From positions 1,116,001 to 1,180,000 of the forward strand of contig NW_027142041.1 of NCBI RefSeq assembly GCF_036365525.1: a stretch of DNA of 64,000 bases, given 5' to 3'. This DNA comes from Heterodontus francisci (taxonomy: Eukaryota). Numbering within the stretch: position 1 is the first letter of the stretch; each line of letters opens with the position of its first letter. The notes beneath the pieces are model-generated. The model ran no database searches. It worked only from the letters and a program-made list of their open reading frames with translations, and was not told the origin of the DNA. The translations under genes were made by a program, and so were the position numbers. Below are positions 1 to 11,500 of the stretch, one piece after another.

Positions 1-2
1 AT

Positions 3-682
3 GGGCAGCATTTTCTTGGCAGGCTTCAGGGTCCTGCTATCAGGCTGAAAAGGGTCACAGAAGTGAGTGGGGAACAGTCACACGGCTGCAATTTTTCTGA
101 ATTGGCCAATTAGTGGCCAGAGGATGGGCTCAGTGTTCCTGAAGCCAGAGGGCCAATAGGAGGCTCTCCAGCTTGGACGATGGAGCAGGCTGCTTTTTCA
201 GGTAAGTGAGAGAGAGAGAGAGGCATCTCAAGATGGAGGCAACGTCTCTCCAATGTTCTTAACTTTAAACTAAAAATGGCCTCAGCAGCAAGGCCTGTGG
301 TGTTGAGGGGGAACCCTCCTCTCAGACTGCCTGGGGTCCCTGGGGCACTGGCCTGTCACTTTGTTGCTGGGAGGCCCCGCTGACTGCAGGGACCTGGAGA
401 CTGACTGGAAAGTTCCAGTCGGCCTCTGACAATTGGCCTTAATAAGCCATTAAATGATGTAATTGGCTGTGGGTGGGTAGTCCTGCTGCCCCCAACCCAC
501 TGCCCCACATACCCCCCATTGGCACCACTGGGAATTGGCCCAGGGTGATATGGAGCTGGGAATGGTCCCTGGGGCGAGATGGAACTGGGAATTGACCTGC
601 CAGCCGATGCCGGAAAATTCCATGCCTGTTCCCCCCCCCGCAACCCCGTGCCCGCCCCCATCGGGACCTGAAAATTCAGCCC
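3..682. mobile_element. Non-autonomous TIR element (MITE, possibly PIF/Harbinger-like)
   Basis: Imperfect terminal inverted repeats GGGCAGCATTTTC (3-15) and GAAAATTCAGCCC (670-682), GC-rich non-coding interior. Superfamily is an inference. Confidence 0.45.
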
Positions 683-724
683 TATGACCGTATGACTGTA
701 AGTGTTGTGAACCAGAGGACACAG

Positions 725-1015
725 GGTTCCAGTGCTAGGCCTGGGTCTGAGGCCTCTGCAGTACTGACAGTGGCCACCGCCCCTGGTGGCACTGCTGATA
801 CCGCTGAGCTGCTGGTCCTCTGATTGGCCAGCAGCTCATGGAGGCTGGATTTCCACCTTTAAAGGGATGAGGATCCCGGCTTGTGAATCTTTAATTGAAA
901 AACATTGGAGGATTGCTCTGGGGGGGTGGGGGGGCCACGAAAATGCAGAAGTGGGGTTCCCTCTGCCTTTTCGGCCCGGTGCTGGGAGCCCCGCCTCCTA
1001 CACCAAATTCTGCCA
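725..1015. repeat. Interspersed GC-rich repeat, second copy at about 15440-15735
   Basis: Both places share the colinear blocks ctctgattggc.gcagctc, cccggcttgtgaa, gcagaag.ggggtt.cc and ctgcctttt. Confidence 0.6.
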
Positions 1016-1044
1016 CTGAAAGTGACAGGACAAATTGCGAAGAC

Positions 1045-1645
1045 TTTTTTGAATGCGTCCATTGGATGTGAGTATCTCTGGCAAAGTCAGCATTTATTAC
1101 CCATCCCTAATTGCCTTTGAGAAGGTGGTGGTGAACTGCCTTCTTGAACTGCTCCAGTCCTTGGGATGTAGGTACACCCACAGTGCTGTTAGGAAGGAAG
1201 TTCCAGGATTTTGACCCAGCGACAGTGAAGGAGCCATTCTTGAGTGTTGTTGGAGCTGCACCCATCCAGGCAAGTGGAGAGTATTCCATCACACTCCTGA
1301 CTTGACAGGCTTTGGGGAGTTAGGAGGTGAGTTACTCGCCTCAGGATTCCTAGCCTCTGACCTGCTCTTGTAGCCACTGTATTTATATGGCTAATCCAGT
1401 TCAGTTTCTGGTCAACGGTAACCCCTAGGATGTTGATAATGGGGGATTCAACAATGGTAATGCCATTGAATGTCAAGGGGAGATGGTGAGATTTTCTCTT
1501 GTTGGAGATGGTCATTGCCTGGCAATTGTGTGGCGCAAATGTTACTTGCCACTTATCAGCCCAAGCCTGGATATTGTCCAGGTCTTGCTGCATTTCTACA
1601 CGGACTGCTTCAGTATCTGAGGAGTGACAAATGATGCTGAATTGC
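1045..1645 (-). mobile_element. 3' fragment of LINE family A (CR1/L2 group)
   Basis: ORF 1189..1593 ([19 protein letters not shown]..) and the same 3' tail as the copies at 2668-5511 and 30629-31918. Confidence 0.85.
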
Positions 1646-2374
1646 TGCAGCTAGTTAGAAAATCATAATGGATCCTATCTGAAAGCAGATTCAACAGTAA
1701 CTTTCAAAAGAAAATTGGATAAATACTTGAAAAGAAAAAAAGTACGTATGGGCTGTGGGGAATGGGAATACTTGGAAAGCTCGACCAAAGAGCTGGCCCA
1801 GGAATGATGGGCTGAATGGTCTCCATTTGTGCCTTATTATTATAAGATTTCATGAATGGATGGTTGGTCTAATAGCCGTTATGATCTCCTTGCTCTCTCC
1901 ATTCTGACCCAGATTGCCTCCAGAGTATTGGTTGGTGTTTCCATGGAGGTGAAGGTACTGACCGATCTCTGGCCGATCTTAGCGAGGGAACTGCTGCAGA
2001 GCTGGTGTGGGAGAAACTCTCATCTTCCAAGCTGTGAAGTCACCTATTGAACCCTGCGTTAGTGCAGTCACTGAAGCTCGATGTTAGTGAAATAAAAACC
2101 TCTCTCTCTCTTTGGAATTGGGAGGATTTCAGTGGGCCTGAGAAACTGGAGTTCCCTCTGCTAGCACAGGAACCCAGTGATTAATGAATATCACAGTGAC
2201 AAATCAGTTAGTAACTAACATCAGCAAGGAAAATCCTGACCAGTGCAGAGACCCACACCGGCTCAGATTCCAGCAAGGCTGATAATAGTGATGAGCAACA
2301 AGAACCCCAACTAATTTTATTCTTCAGATCAGCCAACAGCAGCTTGACAATTCGACAATCCCTTGGGTGTGTGA

Positions 2375-2490
2375 ACTTCCTTTTCTTAGTTCCTTCCTCT
2401 TCTTGTGGTGATATTAGGAACTATGAGCATTAGACAATGCTCACTGCCTCTGTTACATGTTTGTTAATATAAATTCATTCTGTATAAAGT
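2375..2490 (+). promoter_or_regulatory. Candidate proximal promoter: ETS/PU.1-like sites, RUNX site, TATA box
   Basis: ACTTCCTTTT 2375-2384 and TTCCTCT 2394-2400 (GGAA cores on the - strand), TGTGGT 2404-2409, TATAAA 2483-2488, ATG at 2525. Motif matches only. Confidence 0.5.
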
Positions 2491-2524
2491 ACAGAGGCTG
2501 GAGTAACAGGATCTTTATTCTGAA

Positions 2525-2573
2525 ATGGTGCAGAAACTGTTCCTGGCTGTGATCCTCTCTCTCTGTGTTGTGG
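2525..2573 (+). CDS. Exon 1, signal peptide [16 protein letters not shown](G)
   Basis: Kozak-like GAAATGG, basic residue followed by a hydrophobic core, and a phase-1 donor G|GTGAGT at 2574. This is a typical IgSF leader exon. TATAAA lies about 40 nt upstream. Confidence 0.8.
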
Positions 2574-5500
2574 GTGAGTATGTGTCTCAGTTTGGTGAGC
2601 GAGCTGTGGTGTGTTTACTTAAATAGGAATAAGAGCAATAAGATGAGGTAACAGAGAGGGCTGATGAGGGGAGGCGGTGGTGTAGTGGTATTGTCACTGG
2701 ACTAGTAACCTAGGGTATTGCTCTGGGGACATGGGTTCAAATCCCACCACAGCACAATTTGAATTCAATTAATAAATCTGGAATTAAAAGCTAGTCTAAT
2801 GATGGCCATGAAACCATTGTCGATTGTTGTAAAAACCCATCTGGTTCACTCATGTCCTTTCGGGAAGGAAATCTGCTGTCCTTACCTGGTCTGGCCTACG
2901 TGTGACTCCAAACCCACAGCAATGTGGCTAACTCTGACATGCCCTCTGAAATGGCCTAGCAAGCCACTCAGTTGTATCTAACCGCTACGACGTCAATAAA
3001 AAGGAATGAAACTGGACGGACCGTCCGGCATTGACCAAGGCACCGGAAACGACAACGGCAAACCCAGCCCTGTCGACCCTGCAAAATCCTCCGTACTAAC
3101 AGCTGGGGGCTTCTGCCAAAATTAGGAGAGCTGTCCCACAGACTAGTCAAGCAACAGCCTGACATAGTCATACTCACGGAATCATACCTTACAGACAATG
3201 TCCCAGACACTGCCATCATCATCCCCGGGTATGTCCTGTCCCACTGGCAGGACAGACCCAGCAGAGGTGGTGACACAGTGGTATACAGTAGGGCGGGAGT
3301 TGCCCTGGGAATCCTCAACATTGACTCTAGACCCCATGAAGTCTCATGGCAGCAGGCCAAACATGGGCAAGGTAACCTTCTGCTGATTACTACCTAACGC
3401 CCTCCCTCAGCTGATGAATCAGTACTCCTCTTGAATTGAATTGAACACCACTTGGAGGAAGCGCTGAGGGTGGCAAGGGCATAGAATGTACTCTGGGTGG
3501 GGGACTTCAATGTCCATCACCAAGAGTGGCTCGGTAGCACCACTACTAACCGAGCTGGCCGAGTCCTAAAGGACATATCTGCTAGACTGGGTATACGGCT
3601 GGTGGTGAGGAGAAAACATACTTGACCTCGTCCTCACCAATCTGCCTGCCGCAGATGCATCTGTCCAAGACAGTATTGGTAGGAGTGACTACCGCACAGT
3701 CCTTGTGGAGACAAAGTCCTACCTTCACATTGAGGATACACTCCTTTGAGTTGTGTGGCACTACCACCGTGCTAAATGGGATAGATTTCGAGCAGATCTA
3801 GCAATGCAAAACTGGCCATCCATGAGGCTCTGTGGGCCATCAGCAGCAGCAGAATTGTACTCAACCACAATCTGTAACCTCATGGCCCGGCATATCCCCC
3901 ACTCTACCATTACCATCAAGCCACGAGACCAACCCTGGTTCAATGAAGAGTGCAGGAGGGCTTGCCAGGAGCAGCACCAGGTATACCTCAAAATGAGGTG
4001 TTAACCTGGTGAAGCTACAACACAGGACTATCTGCGTGCCAAACTGCGTAAGCAGCATGCGATAGACAGAGCTAAGCGATCCCATAACCAACGGATCAGA
4101 TCTAAGCTCTGCAGTCCTGCCACATCCAGCCGTGAATGGTGGTGGACAATTAAACAACTAACTGGAGGAGGTGGCTCCACAAACATCCCCATCCTCAATG
4201 ATGGGGGAGCCCAGCACATCAGTGCAAAAGACAAGACTGAAGCATTTGCAACAATCTTCAGCCAGAAGTGCTGAGTTGATGATCCATCTCGGCCTCCTCC
4301 TGAAGTTCCCAGCATCACAGATGCCAGACTTCAGCCAATTCGATTCACTCCGCGTGATATCAAAAAACGACTGAAGGCACTGGATACTGCAAAGGCTATG
4401 GGCCCTGACAATATTCCGGCAGTAGTACTGAAAACCTGTGCCCCTAGCCAAGCTGTTCCAGTACAGCTACAACACTGGCATCTACCCGGCAATGTGGAAA
4501 ATTGCCCAGGTATGTCCTGTACACGAAAAGCTGGGCAAGTCCAACCCGGCCAATTACCACCCCATCTGCCTACTCTCAATCATCAGTAAAGTGATGGAAG
4601 GTGTCATCAACAGTGCTATCAAGCAGCACTTGCTTAGCAATAACCTGCTCAGTGATGCTCAGTTTGGGTTCCGCCAGGGCCACTCAGCTACTGATCTCAT
4701 GTCCAGGCTTGGGCTGATAAGTGGTAAGTAACATTCGCGCCACACAAGTGCCAGGCAAAGACCATCTCCAACAAGAGAGAATCTAACCATCTCCCCTTGA
4801 CATTCAATGGCATTACCATTGCTGAATCCACCACTATCAATATCCTAGGGGCTACTATTGACCAGAAACTGAACTGGAGTAGCCATATAAATACCATGGC
4901 TACAAGAGCAGGTTAGAAGCTAGGAATCCTGCATCGAGTAACTCACCTCCTGATTCCCCAAAGCCTGTCCACCATCTCCAAGGCACAAGTCAGGAGGGTG
5001 ATGGAATACTCTCCACTTGCCTGGATGGGTGCAGCTCCAACAACACTCAAGAAGCTCGACACCATCCAGGACAAAGCAGCCCGCTTGATTGGCACACCAT
5101 CCATAAACATTCACTCCCTCCACCACCAACGCACAGTATCAGCAGTGTGTACCATCTACAAGATGCAGTGCAGCAACACACCAAGGCTCCTTAGACAGCA
5201 CCTTCCAAACCCGCGACCTCTACCAACTAGAAGGACAAGGGCAGCAAATACATGGGAACACAACCAGCTGCAAGTTCCCCTCCAAGTCACACACCATCCT
5301 GACTTGGAACTATATCGCCGTTCTTTCACTGTCGCTGGGTCAAAATCCTGGAACTCCCTTCCTAACAGCACTGTGGGTGTACCTACCGCACATGGACTGC
5401 AGCGGTTCAAGAAGGCAGCTCACCACCACCTTCTCAAGGGCAATTAGGGATGGGCAATAAATGTTGGCCTAGCAAGCGACGCCCACATCCCATGAATGAA

Positions 5501-8500
5501 TTTTAAAAAAACAATGCTGTTGATGTGGTATACATATGGACTTACAAATGGCGTTTGATACAATGCCACACAACAGACCTGTGAGCAAGGTTGTAGTTCA
5601 TGGAATAAAAGGGACGGTAGCAACATGGATACGAAATCGGCTGAGTGACAGGAAACAAAGAGTAGTGGTTAATGGATGTTTTTTGGGCTGGAGGAAGGTT
5701 TGTAGTGGAGTTCCCCAGGAATCAGTGTTGGGACCCTTGCTTTTCCTGATATATATTAATGACCTGGACCTTGGTGTACAGGGCACAATTTCAAAGTTTA
5801 CAGATGATACGAAACTTAGAAGCATTGTGAACTGTAAGGAGGATAGTTTTGAGCTTCAAAAGGATATCGACAAGTCGGTGGAATGGGCAGACAGGTGGCA
5901 GATGAAGTTCAATGCAAAGAAATGTGAAGTGATCCATTTTGGTAGGAAGAACATGGAGAGACAATATAAAATAAAGGGTAGAATGCTAAAGGGGGTGCAG
6001 GAGCAGAGGGACCTGGGTGTATATGTGTATAAGTCACTGAAGGTGGCAGGACAGGTTGAGAGAGCGGTTAATAAAGCATACAATATCCTGGGCTTTATTA
6101 ATAATTTGAAAAAGTAATGTGCTGTGGATAAAGGGGAACTGCTGGATATACTGTACTTACATTTCCAGAAAGCATTTGATAAGGTGCCACATCAAAGGTT
6201 GATGCAGAAAATAAATGCTCATGATGCAGGGGGTAACATATTGGCATGGATAGAAGATTGGTTAGCTAACAGGAAACAGAGAGTAGGTATAAATGGGTCA
6301 TTTTCTGGTTGGCAAGATGTAACCAGTGATGTGCCACAGGCATCTGTGCTGGGGCCTCAACTTCATACAATTTATATAAATGATTTGGATGAAGGGACCG
6401 AAGGTATGGTTGCTAAATTTTCTGATGTCACAAAGATAGGCAGGAAAGTAAATTGTGAAGAGGACATAAGGAGGCTACAAAGGGATATAGATAGGTTAAG
6501 TGAGTGGGCAAAGATCTGGCAAATGGTGTATAATGTGGGAAAGTGTGAAATTCTCCACTTTGGCGGGAAGAATAAAAAAGAAGCATTTTATCTAAATGGT
6601 GAGAGATTGCAGAGCTCTGAGATGCAGAGGGATCTGGGTGTCCTAGTGCATGAATCGCAAAAGGTTAGTATGCAGGTACAGCATGTAATTAGGAAAGCTA
6701 ATAGAATGTTATCGTTTATTGTGAGGGGAATTGAATACAAAAGTAGGGAGGTTATGCTTCAGCTACACATGGCATTGGTGAGACCACATCTGGAGTACTG
6801 TGTACAGTTTTGGTCTCCTTATTTAATGAAGGATGTAAATGCGTTGGAGGCAGTACAGAGAAGGTTTACTAGACAAATACCTGGAATGGGCGGGCTGTCT
6901 TATGAGGAAAGATTGGACAGGCTAGGCTTGTATCCGCTGGAATTTAGAAGAGTAAGAGGCGACTTGATTGAAACATTAGATTCTGAGGGGTCTTGACAGG
7001 GTGGATGTGGAAAGGATGTTTCCTCATGTGGGAGAATCTCGAACTAGGGGTCACTGTTTAAAAAGAAGGGGTCGCCCATTTAAGACTGAAATTAGGAGAA
7101 TTTTTTTCTCTGAGGGTTGTGAGTCTTTGGAATTCTCTTCCACAAAAGGCAGTGGAAGCAGAGTCTTTGATATTTTTAAGGCAGAGGCAGATAGATTCTT
7201 GATAAGCAAGGGGGTGGAAGGTTATCGGGGGTAGGTGGAAATATGGAGAAATCAGTTCAGCAATGAACTTATTGAATGGAGGAGCAGGCTCGAAGGGCCG
7301 AGTGGCCTACTCCTCCTAATTTGTATGTTTGTATGTCCGTACGTACGGCATAGAGTACAAGAGCAAGGAGGTTATGTTGAACTTGTATAAGACACTAGTT
7401 CGGCCTCAGCTGGAGTATTGCGTCCAGTTCTGGGCACCGCACTTTAGGAAAGACGTGAGGGCATTGGAGAGAGTACACAAGAGATTCACAAGAATGGTTC
7501 CAGGGATGAGGAATTTTAGTTATGAAGGTAGATGAGAGAAGTTGGGACTATTTTCCTTGGAGAAGAGAAGGTTGAGAGGTGATTTGATAAAGGTATTCAA
7601 AATCATGAGGGGTCTGGACAGAGTCGATAGAGAGAAACTGTTCCCAGTTGTGAAAGGATTGAGAACGAGAGGGCACAGATTTAAAGTAATGGGTAAGAGA
7701 AGCAAAAGTGACATGAGGAAAAACTTTTTCACAGAATCATGGAATTGTTCCAGTGCAGTAGAAAACCATTCGGCCCATCGTGTCTGCACCAGCTCTCCAA
7801 ATGTTCATATAGCGAGTGGTTAAGGTCTGGAATGCGCTGCCTGAGACTGGGTGGAGGCAGGTTCAACTGAAGCATTCAAAAAGGAATTTGATTATTATAT
7901 GAAAAGGAAGAATGTGCAGGATTACGGGGAGAAGGTGGGGGAATGGCACTAAGTGAATTGCTTTTTCGGAGTGCCAGTCCAGACACGATGGGCTGAATGG
8001 CCTCCTTCTGTGCATGGTTGTGATGCAGGAAACAGCAGGTAGTTTGCACACAGCAAGATCCCACAAACAGCAATGTATTAATAAAAATCTGTTTTTTTGT
8101 GATGTTGATTGAGGGATAAATATTGGCCAAGACACCAGGGATAACTCCCCTGCCCTTCTTTGAAATAGTGCCATGAGATCTTTTACATCCACCCAAGCAG
8201 GCAGTTGGGTCCTCAGTTTAATGTCACATCTGTATAACAGCACTTCTAACTTTGCAGCACTCCCTCAGTACTGCACTGGAGTGCCAACCTCGACTTTTGT
8301 GCTCAAGCTCTGGAGTGGGATTTGAACCTAGAACCTTGTAATTCAGAAACAAAAACAAGAAATGCTGGAAATACTCAGCCTGGTTCTGGTGGGGGGAAGG
8401 GGGTCACTGGCCTGAAACATTAACTCTGCTTCTCTCTCCACAGGTGCTGCCAGACCTGCTGAGTATTTCCAGCGTTTCTTGTTTTTATTTCAGATTTCCA

Positions 8501-11500
8501 GCATCTGCAGTATTTTGCTTTTATCTTGTAATTCAGCGATAGGAATGCTACCAACTGAACCACAGCATTCGCAATTATGCTGGTTCATCACTTTAAAGGA
8601 GTAGACAAACTGTTGCAGGATGTTTCCTTGACCTTGTTTGACCTAGTGCTGTCAGACTTTATGGGATGCAATTCCCTGGACCGCTGCTACCTGACTGTAC
8701 ACCCTGTGTCCACTGGTGGCTCTACACAATCAGGCTGTTTTAGACTCCATCAATAGTCAACTATTTAATGCAACCGGAATTTCTTGTGGGCCAGACAGTG
8801 AAGTGGTAATGGGTTCCCCTCCCTGAAAGGCACTGATGAAACAGTTGGGGTTTGATAATAGTCTTGGAATCTTTGATGACCATTTTCCCTGGTGTGGGCA
8901 GGCAGTGCCACATTTCCCCACCTCTCCTTCCCAAACTGAATCAGCCCTTGTTTGGGTGCCTGTCCCTGATCTTCCAATGATAAAATCTTCCCTTCTTCCT
9001 GTACCTTTGTCTGGTGCAGGAGGAGTGGATCCTGGCGAGTGTTTATCAACCTCACTGAATTTTGAAATACAGAAGATTTCATTAACCCGTCCTCTTAAGC
9101 TGCTGTCAGATGATCAGTTGTTTTCCATGGTTTATTTTATTTTTTAAATGTTTCAGGCATAACGGAGGCCTCAGCAATCATTCAGACTCCAGAACTGATC
9201 GACGTGAGAGAGGGAAGTTCAGTGCATTTACAATGTGCGATGGAGAATGGCAATGTGGGAAACACTGATGTAGAGTGGAAACTACTGCATGAAAATTCCA
9301 TAAATGACAAGGTTATCGGGGACCAAGGCAGCATTGGCCAATTCCAACCTTCCAGGGATTCCAAATACAACAGCTTCATTCTCACCATCAGAAACATACA
9401 GCAAAGTGACACTGGAACTTACTATTGTGAAATTATAGGAAAAAATAGATTCATCAAAGGAAAGGGAACCAAGATAGAAGTTAGAGGTAAATAGCTTTTA
9501 AATATAATTTGCCACATTCTCATCGACAAAGCTGGGAATCTGTTACATACACTGGAATATTCACACTGACTGCATTGGGAATCTGTTAGATAGCAATGGA
9601 ATATTCACTGTGAAAGTCAGTATTGAGGGAGCGCTGGAATGTCAGAGACGCAGTACTGAGGGAGTGCTGCACTGTCGGAGGGTCAGTACTGAGGGAGTGC
9701 TGCACTGCCTGAGGGTCAGTACTGAGGGAGTGCTGCACTGTCAGAGGGTCAGTACTGAGGGAGTGCTGCACTGTCGGAGGGTCAGTACTGAGGAAGCGCT
9801 GATCTGTCAGAGGGTCAGTACTGAGGGAGCGCTGCACTGTCGGAGGGTCAGTACTGAGGGAGTGCTGCACTGTCGGAGGGTCAGTACTGAGGAAGCGCTG
9901 ATCTGTCAGAGGGTCAGTACTGAGGGAGCGCTGCATTGTCAGAGGTTCAGTACTGAAGGAGTGCTGCACTGTCAGAGGGTCAGTACTGAGGGAACCCTGC
10001 ACTGTTGGAGGGTCAGTACTGAGGGAGTGCTGCACTGTCGGAGGGTCAGTATTGAGGGAGTGCTGCACTGTTGGAGGGTCAGTATTGAGGGAGTGCTGCA
10101 CAGTCGGAGGGTCAGTACTGATGGAGTGCTGCACTGTTGGAGGGTCAGTATTGAGGGAGTGCTGCACTGTCGGAGGGTCAGTATTGAGGGAGTGCTGCAC
10201 TGTCGGAGGGTCAGTACTGAGGAAGCGCTGATCTGTCAGAGGGTCAGTACTGAGGGAGTGCTGCACTGTCGGAGGGTCAGTACTGAGGAAGCGCTGATCT
10301 GTCAGAGGGTCAGTACTGAGGGAGCGCTGCATTGTCAGAGGTTCAGTACTGAAGGAGTGCTGCACTGTCAGAGGGTCAGTACTGAGGGAACCCTGCACTG
10401 TTGGAGGGTCAGTACTGAGGGAGTGCTGCACTGTCGGAGGGTCAGTATTGAGGGAGTGCTGCACTGTTGGAGGGTCAGTATTGAGGGAGTGCTGCACAGT
10501 CGGAGGGTCAGTACTGATGGAGTGCTGCACTGTTGGAGGGTCAGTATTGAGGGAGTGCTGCACTGTCGGAGGGTCAGTATTGAGGGAGTGCTGCACTGTC
10601 GGAGGGTCAGTACTGAGGAAGCGCTGATCTGTCAGAGGGTCAGTACTGAGGGAGTGCTGCACTGTCGGAGGGTAAGTACTGAGGGAGCGCTGCACTGTCA
10701 GAGGGTCAGTACTGAAGGAGTGCTGCACTGTCAGAGGGTCAGTACTGATCAAGTCGGCATAAGGAGGGAGGAAGTGTTGGGTATTCTAAAGGGCATTAAG
10801 GTGGACAAGTCCCCAGGTCCGGATGGGATCTATCCCAGGTTACTGAGGGAAGTGAGAGGGAAAATAGCTGGGGCCTTAACAGATATCTTTGCAGCATCCT
10901 TAAACACGGGTGAGGTCCCGGAGGACTGGAGAATTGCTAATGTTGTCCCCTTGTTTAAGAAGGGTAGCAGGGATAATCCAGGTAATTATAGACCGGTGAG
11001 CCTGACGTCAGTGGTAGGGAAGCTGCTGGAGAAGATACTGAGGGATGGGATCTATTCCCATTTGGAAGAAAATGGGCTTATCAGTGATAGGCAACATGGT
11101 TTTGTGCAGGGAAGGTCATGTCTTACCAACTTAATAGAATTCTTTGAGGAAGTGACAAAGTTGATTGATGAGGGAAGGGCTGTAGATGTCATATACATGG
11201 ACTTCAGTAAGGCGTTTGATAAGGTTCCCCATGGTAGGCTGATGGAGAAAGTGAAGTCGCATGGGGTTCAGGGTGTACTAGCTAGATGGATAAAGAACTG
11301 GCTGGGCAACAGGAGACAGAGAGTAGCAGTGGCAGGGAGTTTCTCAAAATGGAGACGTGTGACCAGTGGTGTTCCACAGGGATCCGTGCTGGGACCACTG
11401 TTGTTTGTGATATACATAAATGATTTGGAGGAAAGTATAGGTGGTCTGATTAGCAAGTTTGCAGACGACACTAAGATTGGTGGAGTAGCAGATAGTGAAT

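Noticed and set aside
2668-2755. tRNA gene
   Set aside because: A and B boxes are present, but there is no convincing cloverleaf or terminator. It is the head of a retroelement and recurs at about 27810-27905.
9617-10748. CRISPR-like array (33-bp periodicity)
   Set aside because: Head-to-tail units with no unique spacers, no cas genes, and a vertebrate context.
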